Below are positions 39,153-48,187 of a DNA stretch of 64,000 nt, one piece after another. Position numbers and translations under genes: made by a program. The DNA comes from Candidatus Saccharimonadia bacterium (GTDB lineage Bacteria > Patescibacteriota > Saccharimonadia > UBA4664 > JBBRNT01): contig JBBRNT010000005.1 of the NCBI GenBank assembly GCA_038230095.1, positions 18,619-82,618 on the forward strand, given 5' to 3'. Positions within the stretch are counted from its first letter, which is position 1, and each line of letters opens with the position of its first letter. The notes below the pieces were generated by a model. That model was not told the DNA's origin and ran no database searches. It saw nothing but the letters and a program-made list of their open reading frames with translations.

Positions 39153-40337
39153 CTACTTGAGAATCTTGGTTACAACGCCGGCGCCGACGGTGCGTCCACC
39201 TTCGCGGATAGCGAAGCGGAGGCCTTCTTCCATAGCGATTGGGGCAATGAGGGTAACCTTCATTTTGACATTGTCACCAGGCATAACCATCTCCATACCA
39301 TCTGGTAGAACGATCTCGCCGGTTACATCCGTTGTACGGATGTAGAACTGAGGCTTGTAGCCCTTGAAGAATGGAGTGTGACGGCCGCCTTCGTCCTTTT
39401 TCAGAACGTAGACTTCAGAGTCAAACTCGGTGTGAGGAGTGATAGAGCCGGGCTTAGCCAGGACCTGACCACGCTCAATGTCGGTGCGCTCAATACCGCG
39501 GAGCAAGGCGCCGACGTTGTCGCCAGCCTGTGCATCGGGAAGGAGCTTCTTGAACATTTCTACACCAGTAACGACAGTCTTCTTGGTAGGGTGAATGCCG
39601 ACGATTTCAACTTCGTCATTGACCTTGACGATACCTTGCTCAATACGACCGGTAGCAACGGTACCACGGCCCTTAATGGAGAAGACGTCTTCGATTGGCA
39701 TAAGGAAAGGCTTGTCGGTCTCGCGCTTAGGCTGTGGGAAGAAGTCGTCCATAGCCTTAACCAGCTCCATGATGGACTCTTCGGCAGCAGCGTCGCCTTC
39801 GAGAGCCTTGAGGGCTGAGCCCTTAATGATAGGGGCATTCTCGTCGTAGCCCTGCTTACCAAGTAGTTCGCGGACTTCGAGCTCTACGAGCTCGGCCAGC
39901 TCTGGATCGGCCATATCCATCTTGTTCATGAAGACCAGGATGGAAGGGACACCCACATTGCGGGCGAGCAGGATGTGCTCACGAGTCTGAGGCATAGGGC
40001 CGTCAGCAGCGGACACAACTAGGATGGCGCCGTCGACTTGGGCAGCACCAGTGATCATGTTCTTGACGTAGTCAGCATGACCAGGCATGTCGACGTGGGC
40101 ATAGTGACGATTCTCACTCTCGTACTCCTGGTGAGAAGTAGCGATGGTAATACCGCGCTCGCGCTCTTCTGGAGCGTTGTCGATCTGATCGTAGTTGATC
40201 GGCTTATTAATATCTGAGGGAAGCTTCTTGGCCAAAACGTGAGTAATGGCGGCGGTCAGGGTAGTCTTGCCGTGGTCGACATGACCCATGGTGCCGACGT
40301 TCATGTGCGGCTTATTGCGATTGAATGTATCTGCCAT
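39153..40337 (-). CDS. tuf: elongation factor Tu
   Basis: [32 protein letters not shown]. Confidence 0.99.
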   Translation of the reverse strand: MADTFNRNKPHMNVGTMGHVDHGKTTLTAAITHVLAKKLPSDINKPINYDQIDNAPEERERGITIATSHQEYESENRHYAHVDMPGHADYVKNMITGAAQVDGAILVVSAADGPMPQTREHILLARNVGVPSILVFMNKMDMADPELAELVELEVRELLGKQGYDENAPIIKGSALKALEGDAAAEESIMELVKAMDDFFPQPKRETDKPFLMPIEDVFSIKGRGTVATGRIEQGIVKVNDEVEIVGIHPTKKTVVTGVEMFKKLLPDAQAGDNVGALLRGIERTDIERGQVLAKPGSITPHTEFDSEVYVLKKDEGGRHTPFFKGYKPQFYIRTTDVTGEIVLPDGMEMVMPGDNVKMKVTLIAPIAMEEGLRFAIREGGRTVGAGVVTKILK

Positions 40338-40600
40338 GCAGTCTCCTTACATCTGTTACTTGACTCGAGACGAGTAATCCTTGCGACCCCCGTTCTTGCG
40401 GTTGCAAGACTGTCGAAGGGTCAATCATCTGGATTCAAGCATTAAATAGTGCTATTGCCTTCTGGGCACTTAAAAAAACGCCCGGGTTGGACTTAGCCAT
40501 TATAGGGACAACTAGGGGGCTTTGTAAAGGGGTAATACCAGGTAAATGAAAGACGGCCTAGAGAGGTTCTAGGCCGCCGGGTGCGGAGCAGTAGCTGGCA

Positions 40601-40960
40601 CTAGCCTCCCCTGGTGCGCTGACGCTGGAGCGGCGGCAGGAGCGGCTTGCCCGATCGTTTGTTTGAGAGTGCCAGTTCTGATAGCTCAGAAAGTGCTGCT
40701 GCTGAGAGACTACGAAACTCATCGGCGTGACGACGGCGCAACTCGGATATGGCTCGGGCGTTTGCTAAGCGGCGGATTTGGTCGCGCTCATGCGTCGATA
40801 GAAGCGCCGTGGCGGCGCGGTATACAACCAGACAGGAAACGCAAGACACGGCTGATGGGAGCGTTGTGGCGTCTACGTTCGCTACGCGTCGTCCGCACGC
40901 GGCACGGAGCGTGGACGTATTCACATCCCCTGCTGATAAGGCGGCTAGGTGTGTGGTCAT
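40601..40960 (-). CDS. hypothetical protein with H-C-CxxC zinc-finger N-terminus
   Basis: MTTH..ACG..PSAVSCVSC then basic helical region; followed by a terminator. Confidence 0.65.
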   Translation of the reverse strand: MTTHLAALSAGDVNTSTLRAACGRRVANVDATTLPSAVSCVSCLVVYRAATALLSTHERDQIRRLANARAISELRRRHADEFRSLSAAALSELSELALSNKRSGKPLLPPLQRQRTRGG

Positions 40961-40967
40961 GGTAGGC

Positions 40968-41132
40968 TTACACCCCCGCGGAATGCAGCTTCTTGCGCAC
41001 GGCTACAGCAACGCGCTTGCAATTGCCACAGCTAGCTGCGGACGGATTCTCCACCAGCCGTATGCGGATAGCATGGGTACCACAGAGGGTCTGTCGGCCT
41101 GTCTGGGCAGACTTGCGAGCGTGAGTGATCAC
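40968..41132 (-). CDS. 54-aa zinc-finger protein (below ORF-track cutoff)
   Basis: Manual translation MITHARKSAQTGRQTLCGTHAIRIRLVENPSAASCGNCKRVAVAVRKKLHSAGV*; GTGA overlap with upstream stop. Confidence 0.65.
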   Translation of the reverse strand: MITHARKSAQTGRQTLCGTHAIRIRLVENPSAASCGNCKRVAVAVRKKLHSAGV

Positions 41133-41326
41133 CCTGGCCGCCTTTGTTCAGCCGTAACGGCGGGCTCGCGCAAGACTGACTCCAGCCGAGCTACTTCATG
41201 GCGCTGTACCGCGGCACTTACGACCGCCACCATCACTAGGATGAGCAGTATGCCAATGCCCATGAGTGTGAGCCAAAGCGTGTACTGGTGCCAGTGCTGG
41301 TTGAAAGAGTAGGTGTACTGGTCCAT
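41129..41326 (-). CDS. small single-TM protein
   Basis: AGGGG RBS, one TM; TACAAT promoter upstream. Confidence 0.6.
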   Translation of the reverse strand: MDQYTYSFNQHWHQYTLWLTLMGIGILLILVMVAVVSAAVQRHEVARLESVLREPAVTAEQRRPG

Positions 41327-41530
41327 TGCGACCCCTAGCGCTCGAAATTGGTTGTCAAAGACAGACGCTGTTGTCCGCCACCGATCTCTCGATTGGTGGG
41401 CATATTGTACAACTAATTGGGGTATTTATCACTAGCCTGGTAGCCGCAGCAGAGCACGATAAAGCGGCTCGGGGAAATCCGAGCCGCTAGCGAGTGTGGG
41501 CTGGGTCAGACGGCCAGCTGTGGTGTGGGA

Positions 41531-41743
41531 TTAGGGACGGTTGCTTGGCTGGCTGCGGCTTTCGGCCTCGATCTCTTCATAGAGCCGAGCTAGCTCTAGC
41601 TTCTGGCGCAGCAGGACTACGACCTGCAAGGCTAGGACCAGCACCAGCACGGCTGCATAGCAGATGACCGCCCGAACCATAAACCAGCGTATTTGCCGGC
41701 CGAACTCATACCAGACTGCATAATCGCCCATCATTGCCCCCAT
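41531..41743 (-). CDS. small single-TM protein
   Basis: one TM plus charged helix; own terminator hairpin near 41462-41488. Confidence 0.55.
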   Translation of the reverse strand: MGAMMGDYAVWYEFGRQIRWFMVRAVICYAAVLVLVLALQVVVLLRQKLELARLYEEIEAESRSQPSNRP

Positions 41744-41799
41744 TTCGAATAGAACACCAGGACTTCTGGTGCGGCATACTGTACCACATTTGGGGTAAC

Positions 41800-41825
41800 A
41801 AAAAAACGCCCGAAGGCGTTTTTTT
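41800..41825 (-). terminator. terminator after fusA
   Basis: A7-CGCC-cgaa-GGCG-T7. Confidence 0.85.
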
Positions 41826-41838
41826 GGACACGGTCTGG

Positions 41839-43923
41839 CTAGTTCTTGGCAGCTGCGCGCTTGCCAATGATCTCTTCGGCTACATTACGAGGAACTTCCT
41901 CATAGTGGTCAAACTCCATAGAGTTGGCAGCTCGGCCCTGGGTCATGGAACGCAGTGTGGTGGTGTAGCCAAACATTTCACCGAGTGGGACAAAGGCGCG
42001 GACAATCTTGATGCCCATGCGGTCATCCATGGCCTCAATACGGCCACGCTTACTATTCAGGTCTCCGATGACGTCACCCATGAACTCTTCAGGAACGGTG
42101 ACTTCGACCTTCATGATTGGCTCGAGGATGATAGGATCGGCCTTGCGGGCACCTTCCTGGAAGGCCATGGAGCCGGCAATCTTGAAGGCCATTTCGTTGG
42201 AGTCCACTTCGTGGAAGCTACCATCATAGAGCTTGACGGCCACGTCTACAACTGGGTAGCCGGCTAGCACGCCATTGTTTAGTGCTTCTTTCACGCCGTT
42301 CTCTGTCGGAGTAATGAACTCGCGAGGGACGGCACCACCGACAATAGCGTTCTCAAAGACGAAGCCGGCACCCGGCTCCTGGGGGGTCAGCTCCAGCCAG
42401 ACGTGACCATACTGACCACGACCACCGGACTGGCGGACAAACTTGCCCTCGGCCTTAACGCTCTTTTTGATAGTCTCGCGGTAGGCTACCTGAGGCTTAC
42501 CAACATTGGCCTCTACCTTGAACTCGCGACGCATACGGTCGACGATAATGTCCAGGTGCAGCTCACCCATACCATCAATGAGGGTCTGGGCGGTTTCTTC
42601 GTCAGTATGAACACGGAAAGTAGGGTCTTCTTCAGCAAGGCGCTGCAGAGCAATACCCATCTTCTCTTGGTCGGCCTTGGTCTTGGGCTCGATAGCGATG
42701 GAGATAACTGGCTCAGGGAAGGTAATAGCTTCCAAGATGATTGGCTTGTCGACGTCGCACAGGGTATTGCCCGTGGTTGTGCCCTTTAGACCGACGGCAG
42801 AGGCAATCTCACCGGCGAAGACTTCGCTTACTTCTTCGCGAGTGTTGGCGTGCATACGCAGGATGCGGCCGATGCGCTCTCTCTCACCCGTGGATGAGTT
42901 GAGCACGTAGGAGCCAGACTTGAGTGAGCCGGAGTAAACGCGGAAGAAGGCTAGTTTACCCACGAATGGGTCGGTAGCAATCTTGAAGGCTAGGGCAGAA
43001 AACGGCTCGGAGTCGTCAGCGTGACGGGCGTCTTCCTCACCAGTCTTCGGATTGGTGCCAATAACGGCCTCAATGTCTAGCGGGCTGGGGAGGTAGGCGT
43101 TGACGGCGTCTAATAGCTGCTGCACACCCTTGTTCTTTAGGGCGGAACCGGACAGCACGGGGAAGAGCTGGCCCTTCAAGACAGCGTGGCGCAGGGCCTT
43201 GTTGATCTCAGCAACGGAGATCTCCTCACCCATCAGGAACTTCTCAGTCAAGGCCTCATCCGTCTCGGCGACGCGCTCAATCATGGTGTTGCGGAACTCA
43301 GCGGCCTTAGCCTTCATGTCTTCCGGAATTTCGACGACGTCGAAGACCTTGCCCAGGTCGTCGCGGAAGAGGATGGCTTCCATCTTAATAAGATCGATAA
43401 TGCCTGCAAACTGGTCTTCGGCACCGATAGGTAGCTGAATAGCGACGGCGTTCTTGTTGAGTCGGTCCCAGATGGACTGCATGTCCTTGTAGAAGTCGGC
43501 ACCAGTACGGTCCATCTTATTAATAAAGCAGATACGAGGCACGCCATACTTGTCGGCCTGGCGCCAAACAGTCTCAGACTGAGGCTCCACACCAGCAACA
43601 CCGTCGAAGACCGTCACACCGCCGTCGAGCACGCGGAGCGAGCGCTCTACCTCAACAGTAAAGTCCACATGGCCTGGGGTATCGATAATGTTGATACGGT
43701 GGCCGTCCCAGAAGCAGGTGGTAGCAGCAGAGGTAATGGTAATACCACGCTCCTGCTCCTGTTCCATCCAGTCCATGGTAGCGGCGCCTTCGTGCACTTC
43801 ACCAATCTTGTGAGTCTTACCGGTGTAGAACAAAACGCGCTCAGTAACGGTGGTCTTACCAGCGTCAATGTGGGCAATAATACCAATATTTCGAGTGTTT
43901 TCGAGCGAGTATTCGCGAGCCAT
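41839..43923 (-). CDS. fusA: elongation factor G
   Basis: [31 protein letters not shown]; start at MAREY. Confidence 0.99.
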   Translation of the reverse strand: MAREYSLENTRNIGIIAHIDAGKTTVTERVLFYTGKTHKIGEVHEGAATMDWMEQEQERGITITSAATTCFWDGHRINIIDTPGHVDFTVEVERSLRVLDGGVTVFDGVAGVEPQSETVWRQADKYGVPRICFINKMDRTGADFYKDMQSIWDRLNKNAVAIQLPIGAEDQFAGIIDLIKMEAILFRDDLGKVFDVVEIPEDMKAKAAEFRNTMIERVAETDEALTEKFLMGEEISVAEINKALRHAVLKGQLFPVLSGSALKNKGVQQLLDAVNAYLPSPLDIEAVIGTNPKTGEEDARHADDSEPFSALAFKIATDPFVGKLAFFRVYSGSLKSGSYVLNSSTGERERIGRILRMHANTREEVSEVFAGEIASAVGLKGTTTGNTLCDVDKPIILEAITFPEPVISIAIEPKTKADQEKMGIALQRLAEEDPTFRVHTDEETAQTLIDGMGELHLDIIVDRMRREFKVEANVGKPQVAYRETIKKSVKAEGKFVRQSGGRGQYGHVWLELTPQEPGAGFVFENAIVGGAVPREFITPTENGVKEALNNGVLAGYPVVDVAVKLYDGSFHEVDSNEMAFKIAGSMAFQEGARKADPIILEPIMKVEVTVPEEFMGDVIGDLNSKRGRIEAMDDRMGIKIVRAFVPLGEMFGYTTTLRSMTQGRAANSMEFDHYEEVPRNVAEEIIGKRAAAKN

Positions 43924-44103
43924 GGTGTCCTTTATGGTGGTTAATGACGGATTGTCGGCGCTAACAAGAAAAAAGCGCCGAAGCACTTGGCTTATGATAG
44001 CCGAAAACTACGTGTCAATCAAGTAAATTATAGCAGGCCTGGCTAAAGCCACGTGGTTGTCGTATAAGTAGGTGGATCGAACCCGATAGCACCTGGAGTC
44101 ACT

Positions 44104-44592
44104 GTGAATCTGTATGCAATGCTTGACCAGCAGCTCGTAAAGCTATGGCGCGGTGTCCTCCGCGTACTGTGCGGCCTGACGGGCCGTAGCAATTTCTGCT
44201 TTGCCCGACTCATCATCATAGCCGGTGCCTACTGGAGTGTTCGCTGGGCCGCCTGGCGCCTGACGGACTGGGTAGCGGTGACCGGCTTCGGCGCGATTAG
44301 TGTGGTAATCGTATGGCTGACCATACTGCTGCAAAGGGACGGAACCGAAGTGCGGGTTGGTGTACAGCGACTGCTTATGGCCTTCCGGAGTTCGCTAAAC
44401 ATTACAATCGCCATTGTCGGCTTCCAGTCCATTTTCAACCCCGCGATCCGCAGAATGGTGCTTATCATGGCGCTACTTGACGTGCTGGCCTACTTCGTGT
44501 CCATCCCGACTCCACCCCAGTCAAGCTGGTTCACACGGGTCGGTCGGGCAGCGCGCAACCAGGTTTCCATGAGCCCTCACTCGCGACGCTAG
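44104..44592 (+). CDS. hypothetical membrane protein (paralog 1)
   Basis: GGAG RBS, about four TMs, own terminator at 44596-44623. Confidence 0.7.
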   Translation: MNLYAMLDQQLVKLWRGVLRVLCGLTGRSNFCFARLIIIAGAYWSVRWAAWRLTDWVAVTGFGAISVVIVWLTILLQRDGTEVRVGVQRLLMAFRSSLNITIAIVGFQSIFNPAIRRMVLIMALLDVLAYFVSIPTPPQSSWFTRVGRAARNQVSMSPHSRR

Positions 44593-44676
44593 ACCCCGCC
44601 CCAATCTGCACGGATTGGGGCGGTAACTTTTCTAGGTGGGATAATTGTGGTATAAAAGTGTTCTATTGGCCCACTC

Positions 44677-45219
44677 TTGATAGGACAGGTCATGCTCCAT
44701 ATCGACAACCTACTGGTTAGGTTCTACGCCTACCCCCTCCGCTGGCTGAAGCGGCGCTACAAGCGTGATAACTTCTGGGCGGCGAAGTACTGTCTGATCA
44801 CAGCGGCCATTGCTATCCAGCCGGTTGTACTCATGTTCCACGACCACATCATTCGTGTGCTCGCGGCAGGCTTCACTATGTGTATGGGCCTATTCTACCT
44901 ACTCATCTGGACCTTCGTCCGTGAACTGCGCTCTAAGATGCCCGAATTCCATACGGGTGGTGTCCCCCAGGTATATGGCCGGCTAGTAGCTGCTCGCCTG
45001 AGTACGCTGGCCACGCTGCCGGTGCTTCTGACTTACGAGCTGCTCACAAAACTCAACGGCTTTGTGGTCGCGAGCTACCTGCTGGTAATATCGGCACTCT
45101 ATGCCGCCACAATTGTGAACCTGAACCCGCCCAAATGGGTGGGCCAGACCGGTCGCTCTGCATATGAAGCACTCCGCCGACTTGTCCGCCCAGCCCGTAC
45201 GATTGGCAACGCCCACTAA
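44677..45219 (+). CDS. hypothetical membrane protein (paralog 2)
   Basis: about four TMs; shares D..LV.....LR.L......NF..A with upstream ORF; terminator at 45224-45258. Confidence 0.7.
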   Translation: MIGQVMLHIDNLLVRFYAYPLRWLKRRYKRDNFWAAKYCLITAAIAIQPVVLMFHDHIIRVLAAGFTMCMGLFYLLIWTFVRELRSKMPEFHTGGVPQVYGRLVAARLSTLATLPVLLTYELLTKLNGFVVASYLLVISALYAATIVNLNPPKWVGQTGRSAYEALRRLVRPARTIGNAH

Positions 45220-45279
45220 GTACCCGCCCCTATCCTCTGGATTGGGGCGGTTTTATTTGCAATGAAAAGGGGACCCGGA

Positions 45280-46248
45280 TTAGTCCAGGTCCCAACTGAG
45301 TTGGACGGTGTCTTGGCTTGTGGTGGTCTTCCAGAGCGGGGGCCTAGCGCGGTCCAGTACACGGAACTGGGCCTGGCGGAGGGCTAGAATGGCGGAATCG
45401 CTGCTATCTACGCCATGAGGCGTACGGGCAATGAGTCCACCCATGTGCCCGTTGGCCTGCCCGAGGGTAACGCTGCCAGATAATGCTCCATGGAGCTTAC
45501 CCCGCACTCGACGGCGGGCCGCTCGAGTCGGGCGCATAGTAGCCTCCCCAGTGGCAGCAATGTAGGTGATAGCTACGCCGCAGATGGTAACCGACTGCCT
45601 TGTAATGTCACTGTACTTGGTCTTCTTGTCGTTGCAGCGGAAGCCGGCCTCTTCAATAATGCGACGGATCCGGCGACGCTTGCGCTCGCCAATGGGGCTC
45701 GGCGAGGAGAAGGTAAGGTCATCGGCAAACCGAGTGTAGGCCATACCGCGGTAGTCCTGACCGGTCATGAGCAGCATTAGCCGCCTGTCTATGTGGTGGT
45801 CGCAGTAGTGATTGAACAGATCAGGCGAGGCTGGCGCGCCCGTAACCAAACCAACCTGCCCGCCGGGATAGCGCACCAAAGCATAGCGGAGCAGCCAGGC
45901 CGTTAGCCGGTCGCTATCAAGTCCGGGCTCGTAGCCTGCAAGCAACCGGGCTAGACGCCCAGCATCTACATTCTGGAAGGCATGAGCCAGGTCTAGCTGG
46001 TAGAAATAGCGGTGGTGCTGGTGCGGGAAGGCATTACTAATGCTACCTCGGCCCGGCACGGCGCCGTGGGCCTTGACCATGGGGTGGTTCTGGCTCCGTA
46101 GCCACGCGATGAGACGGCCATGTAGCTCGCTCATACTGGGGTTTGGTGGCCAGAAATTGCGACCACTCGCATCACGGTACATACCCAGCCAAGCAGGGTT
46201 GGCACCGGTCGGTAGCTCAAACGGGAAAGGATCCACCGGCACCTCCAT
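45280..46248 (-). CDS. retron-like reverse transcriptase
   Basis: AHG..PGR.SISNAFPH (NAxxH), YQLDLAHAF, GLVTGAPASPDLFN, YTRFADDLTFS, GFRCNDKKT, VTICGV. Confidence 0.92.
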   Translation of the reverse strand: MEVPVDPFPFELPTGANPAWLGMYRDASGRNFWPPNPSMSELHGRLIAWLRSQNHPMVKAHGAVPGRGSISNAFPHQHHRYFYQLDLAHAFQNVDAGRLARLLAGYEPGLDSDRLTAWLLRYALVRYPGGQVGLVTGAPASPDLFNHYCDHHIDRRLMLLMTGQDYRGMAYTRFADDLTFSSPSPIGERKRRRIRRIIEEAGFRCNDKKTKYSDITRQSVTICGVAITYIAATGEATMRPTRAARRRVRGKLHGALSGSVTLGQANGHMGGLIARTPHGVDSSDSAILALRQAQFRVLDRARPPLWKTTTSQDTVQLSWDLD

Positions 46249-46254
46249 GGGTCT

Positions 46255-46856
46255 GGCCAGTCTCCCCCACTGTACAGATGGGCTCTAGATGGAGCAACCA
46301 TAAGGACAACGAGAAGGGCCCCGGCATATACCGGGGCCCGAGGGGAGGACTGGGGGAAGGAAGAAGGATTGATGATAGGTATGCGCCGAGAGATGCTACC
46401 CCGCGACCGAACCACCAGCTGGCTTGCCGATAGCCACCTATCACCCACCGCGTAGGGCACGTCTGCGGTGCTAAACCCCACTTCTTGGCCATACATAGAT
46501 GGTCCCCATCGCGACAGAGCAGACAACCCGTTCGAGACCCGATCGCCTTCAGGCCATCCCAGAGAGGACGACATGCAGCCTCCGTCAAAGCGTCAGCCAC
46601 GCACCGAGCTGAGCCCCGGCTGGGATGTTGCCACAGCTCGCGCAGTGGCAGGCTAACCGTGGGGGCACAACGGACGCATAGCGCCGCAGATACCGCCGCG
46701 GTAAACATGGCTCCAGGCCGCTGAGCCGAGGGCGTAGGCCCCGGGTTGCAAGCTCCACATTACTGCCATTCGCTGGCGCGTTTGGCTACTCCAGCAAGTA
46801 CTACTGGAGGGTAGTCGTGTCTGTGCCCCGACACAGCGGCCTCTAGAATGCCGATA
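46255..46856 (-). ncRNA. putative RT-associated large structured ncRNA, about 600 nt
   Basis: at least eight stems whose G-U pairs favour the minus strand; lies between promoter and RT start. Confidence 0.7.
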
Positions 46857-46861
46857 CCACC

Positions 46862-46890
46862 ACTATACCGAGACTCCCAGATGGCTACAA
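46862..46890 (-). promoter_or_regulatory. sigma70-type promoter for the ncRNA-RT unit
   Basis: TTGTAG-17 bp-TATAGT. Confidence 0.6.
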
Positions 46891-47565
46891 GTGGTATGTC
46901 AGCTCTGCAAAGAAACGGCCGTTGGGCTCGCGGTCTAGGTAGGCTACTAGGTCTGGGACGCTCGGAATAAGTTCGGCGCCCGGCACGGCAGATAGATGGG
47001 CCCAGAAGGCCTGTCCCACGGTACCAACACCGGGTATATCATCAGTTCGTAGACTGCCCTGGAGGGCGGTGCCCAGAAAGAAATGGAAGAGGATCTGGCT
47101 GACAATCTCATTGTTCTGGAAGATGGTAACATAGCCATCGCCGCGGTGCTTCAGTGTAGCCTTAAGGCCTGACTTATCCCGCAGCTCCCGCTCGGCGGCA
47201 GCGTAAATGCCCTCGCCGAGGTGCACTTTTCCGTAGGGAAAACTCACCATGCCATAGAGCGGCTGGCGAGCGCGGCGGTATAGCAGGTACTCGCCGGCCT
47301 CGTTCTGGCAGCAGACTAGGGTAACCACTCGAGGCTGGAAACGCGGCTTCATAATGGTCAGGCTCATGCGCTCGGCATAGTCCTGGCCGGATGGCGTAAG
47401 CGTGTACAAGCCGTCTGGGCGCTTGGCCACCAGCTTGTCGCGCATAACGGCCTTCAGATGGTACATAAACAAATTGCTGTCGACGCCCTCGGGCCGTAGT
47501 TCCGAGAAGCGTGCTGCATCGGTCAAGATAAGCGTCTTCACTATGTGCTGCTGGATATGGTGCAT
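46885..47565 (-). CDS. winged-HTH plus degenerate NUDIX domain protein (putative regulator)
   Basis: RFSELRP..SNLFMYHLK..GLYTLT..G wHTH; GKVHLGE..AERELRDKSGL NUDIX box lacking EE. Confidence 0.8.
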   Translation of the reverse strand: MHHIQQHIVKTLILTDAARFSELRPEGVDSNLFMYHLKAVMRDKLVAKRPDGLYTLTPSGQDYAERMSLTIMKPRFQPRVVTLVCCQNEAGEYLLYRRARQPLYGMVSFPYGKVHLGEGIYAAAERELRDKSGLKATLKHRGDGYVTIFQNNEIVSQILFHFFLGTALQGSLRTDDIPGVGTVGQAFWAHLSAVPGAELIPSVPDLVAYLDREPNGRFFAELTYHL

Positions 47566-47674
47566 GGCTCCCCTTCGCTTCGAGTGTAGCAAAGAATTGA
47601 GTCAAAACATATTGACGCGAGCACCTGGGGTGGTAGTCTTTAGGCAAATAGATCTGCCCCTTGAAAGGACCACT

Positions 47675-47989
47675 ATGTCCCAAACCAGCCACAGCATTGG
47701 TGATCGAAGTGCCGCTGCCGCCCAGTTCCAGGAGCTAGTCCTCCACCTAGGTGACACACCTGATGCCGCCACAAGACTGGCCAAATCCATCGAAGTAAGC
47801 CTCACTACCGAGCGGCTGGGTCATGACCCAGCGATTAACACCTACCGGGTGCTTATTCGGACACCATCCGGTGAGTGGCCTATGCGCTACGCCTCGCTCG
47901 AGGGCCTGGAGGCATTTCTGAACGGTGTTCAAGCACTGGGCGCCTGCCTGGGCATCCACTTCGCTATCCCCGACCTGCCCCAGCGCTAG
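47675..47989 (+). CDS. hypothetical protein, 104 aa
   Basis: TTGACG..TAGTCT promoter, AAGGA RBS, terminator at 48046-48080. Confidence 0.7.
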   Translation: MSQTSHSIGDRSAAAAQFQELVLHLGDTPDAATRLAKSIEVSLTTERLGHDPAINTYRVLIRTPSGEWPMRYASLEGLEAFLNGVQALGACLGIHFAIPDLPQR

Positions 47990-48187
47990 CGCTTCCCACT
48001 AAGTAGACCGACCGACCGCCGGCCCAAGTCCGACCGCAACCCCTTCCGCCCTAGCTTTCTGAGCTGGGGCGGTTTCATTTGCCTACCTGATGGTCAAATA
48101 TTTTTGACTCAAAAGGTCCTGCTTGGTGTAGCTCATACAGCCACCTACGCTAGGGGTGTACGAGAAGTTCTTTGACAAGGAGACAAT

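Noticed and set aside
45280-46248. Diversity-generating retroelement or group II intron interpretation of the RT
   Set aside because: No TR/VR repeat pair or Avd gene seen by eye; motifs are retron-like (NAxxH); no maturase domain or recognisable intron domain V follows, only a terminator.
46371-46445. 10-bp inverted repeat as retron a1/a2
   Set aside because: Encloses only ~55 nt with no long msd hairpin; treated as one domain of the larger RNA.
46131-46724. ORFs of 62-163 aa on both strands upstream of the RT
   Set aside because: Mutually overlapping, GC-rich, low-information translations; dense strand-biased base pairing fits an RNA better. A cryptic peptide cannot be fully excluded.
47402-47674. 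Upstream extension of the 195-aa plus-strand ORF
   Set aside because: Overlaps the wHTH-NUDIX gene; promoter and RBS support the start at 47675.
48006-48036. GACC micro-repeat (GACCGACCGACC..CCGACC)
   Set aside because: Too short to distinguish from low-complexity spacer sequence.
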